Under the pieces are notes generated by a model. It ran no database searches. It was not told the DNA's origin and worked only from the letters and a program-made list of their open reading frames with translations. Shown here piece after piece: positions 62,721-64,000 of a DNA stretch of 64,000 nt (positions within the stretch are counted from its first letter, which is position 1; the number at the start of each line of letters is the position of its first letter). The DNA is from Gracilinanus agilis. Lineage: Eukaryota. The stretch is from the NCBI RefSeq assembly GCF_016433145.1, contig NC_058132.1:511426811-511490810 (forward strand), written 5' to 3'. A program made the translations under genes and the position numbers.

Positions 62721-63520
62721 TTCCCAACTGTTACCATCTATTCCCCACTCCTGTATTTGTGAGTTTGGTGAGATTTTTAGTGTGTTACTTACTGTGTGTC
62801 AAGCAATGGCCCTTCATTCCTCCTTCATCCCTTTTCCCCCCTAGAAACCCATGTGTTTATTTACCTACTTCAGTCCTCAGCCAGAAGGGCCAGTAATGAG
62901 TAACTATGAGGCCTCCTCCAAGATGGAAGCTAGTCTCTTAGGAAACTATGAAAGTAGTCAGCCCTCTTCTCTCACCCAATGAAGTAGTCCAGGAGTCAGA
63001 ATCCAAGTTGATGCCAGGATCTAAGCCACAGTCTCTAGTAAAGTTGTCTTGAAGACTATCTCCAGGAGACACTCTCCATGAGATTCAACTTCACCAAACT
63101 GACTGCTCAGGGATATTGTGGCTTTTATGGTGGTTTCCTGTTTTAGCCCCTCTTCACAGGGGCCAATCAGTTTCCAAATTGTCTAGCACTGCCCAGGAGC
63201 AGTGTCTGTGGGACTGAGTTGTCACCTCTAGAGGTGTTAATTCTCTTCCTAGTATTCACATGTTTCTGAGCTGTCATTCAGTCTGGATTTGCATGTTACT
63301 GAGTTAGCACTGGGTTACAGTTTTCCTTTGGAGGTGAAAACTCCTGTAGTAAGAATTTCCCCTATTTTAGAGTTAAGTATGGGTGTATTCCCTTTTTTTG
63401 ATTAATTTAAAAGTAGACAAAGGAGAGTTAATCCTGTCCTCACAGTCTAGTGAGGTACTAATTAGGGGCATTTAAGTTATTGTTTCAGAATAGACAGAGA
63501 ACCAAGAATTTCCTTTCACA

Positions 63521-63950
63521 GGGGCCCAGACCTTCACTTCAGCCAAACACTATTGGGAAGTGGGAGTCTAAAGATTCAGTCAGGAGAAAAGGCTAAGTCT
63601 CCACATTATCTGAGGATGTACCGATCATAGTAAGCTTCAGATATGGAAATCATTGCTTTCTCTGGAATTCTCAAGATGGCCTTCATCTGTGCCAGCATAT
63701 AGAGAAAGTGGGTATTTTTCTGAATTATGATAAAGATATATAGCATTTTATGATGTCATAAATAGAACCTTAATTTCTAGTTTCTCAGACATAACCTTTG
63801 AAGGGCGGCCCCTTTGCCCTTACTTCTCTCTTTGCTGTCCTAATGGAGAAAGTACTCCTAGGTCACTCATCATATGCCCCAGGAGTAATCACTAGAAGGT
63901 TAGCAATTATGCTAATTAATATTGGAAATTCTCAGTCAGAAGTGAATGAC
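63521..63950 (+). pseudogene. SPRY-only TRIM remnant truncated by an LTR
   Basis: GAQTFTSAKHYWE, VGIFLNYDK, PYFSLCCPNGESTPRSLIICP with deletions and stops; begins directly after an LTR-like ...tttcaca; 3' flank homologous to gene A. Confidence 0.92.
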
Positions 63951-64000
63951 AATGACTTCAAAACAAGTTTCTCTTCATTTGAACTCATGTTAAAATGAAC

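Larger units (their letters stand above)
61091..63444 (-). mobile_element. 5' part of a provirus: LTR (61934-63444, with a nested insertion), PBS, leader and Pro-rich gag start
   Basis: Minus-strand TGGTGACCACGAAGGGAC (61911-61928) 5 nt from the LTR end; PPSY/PPY Pro-rich minus-strand ORFs at 61.1-61.45 kb. Confidence 0.75.

Noticed and set aside
63505-63530. tttcctttcacag as a splice acceptor rescuing the SPRY remnant
   Set aside because: It looks like an LTR terminus, and the downstream frame has a deletion and an early stop.

Overview
Marsupial genomic DNA. The tRNA-derived SINEs resemble didelphid SINEs from memory, so the source is probably opossum (Monodelphis). The window holds a cluster of genes with intronless coding sequence for TRIM proteins (RING, B-box2, coiled-coil, PRY/SPRY; TRIM60/TRIM75-like architecture). 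Five intact 469-aa ORFs lie at an exact 8,042-bp period (21943, 29985, 38027, 46069, 54111). A decayed full-length paralogue lies at 9.5-10.9 kb and a SPRY-only remnant at 63.5-64 kb, amid dense L1, ERV/LTR, SINE and hAT debris. The repeat unit begins and ends inside the coiled-coil coding region. The first gene (A) and last gene (B) therefore look like the parental paralogues, and the three middle genes like new chimeras with B promoter plus RING/B-box and the A SPRY domain, made by unequal crossover and then amplified. A and B are about 99% identical over codons 1-285 but only about 69% identical in the SPRY region. No prokaryotic features, rRNA, tRNA or CRISPR arrays were found. All alignments and counts were done by eye.
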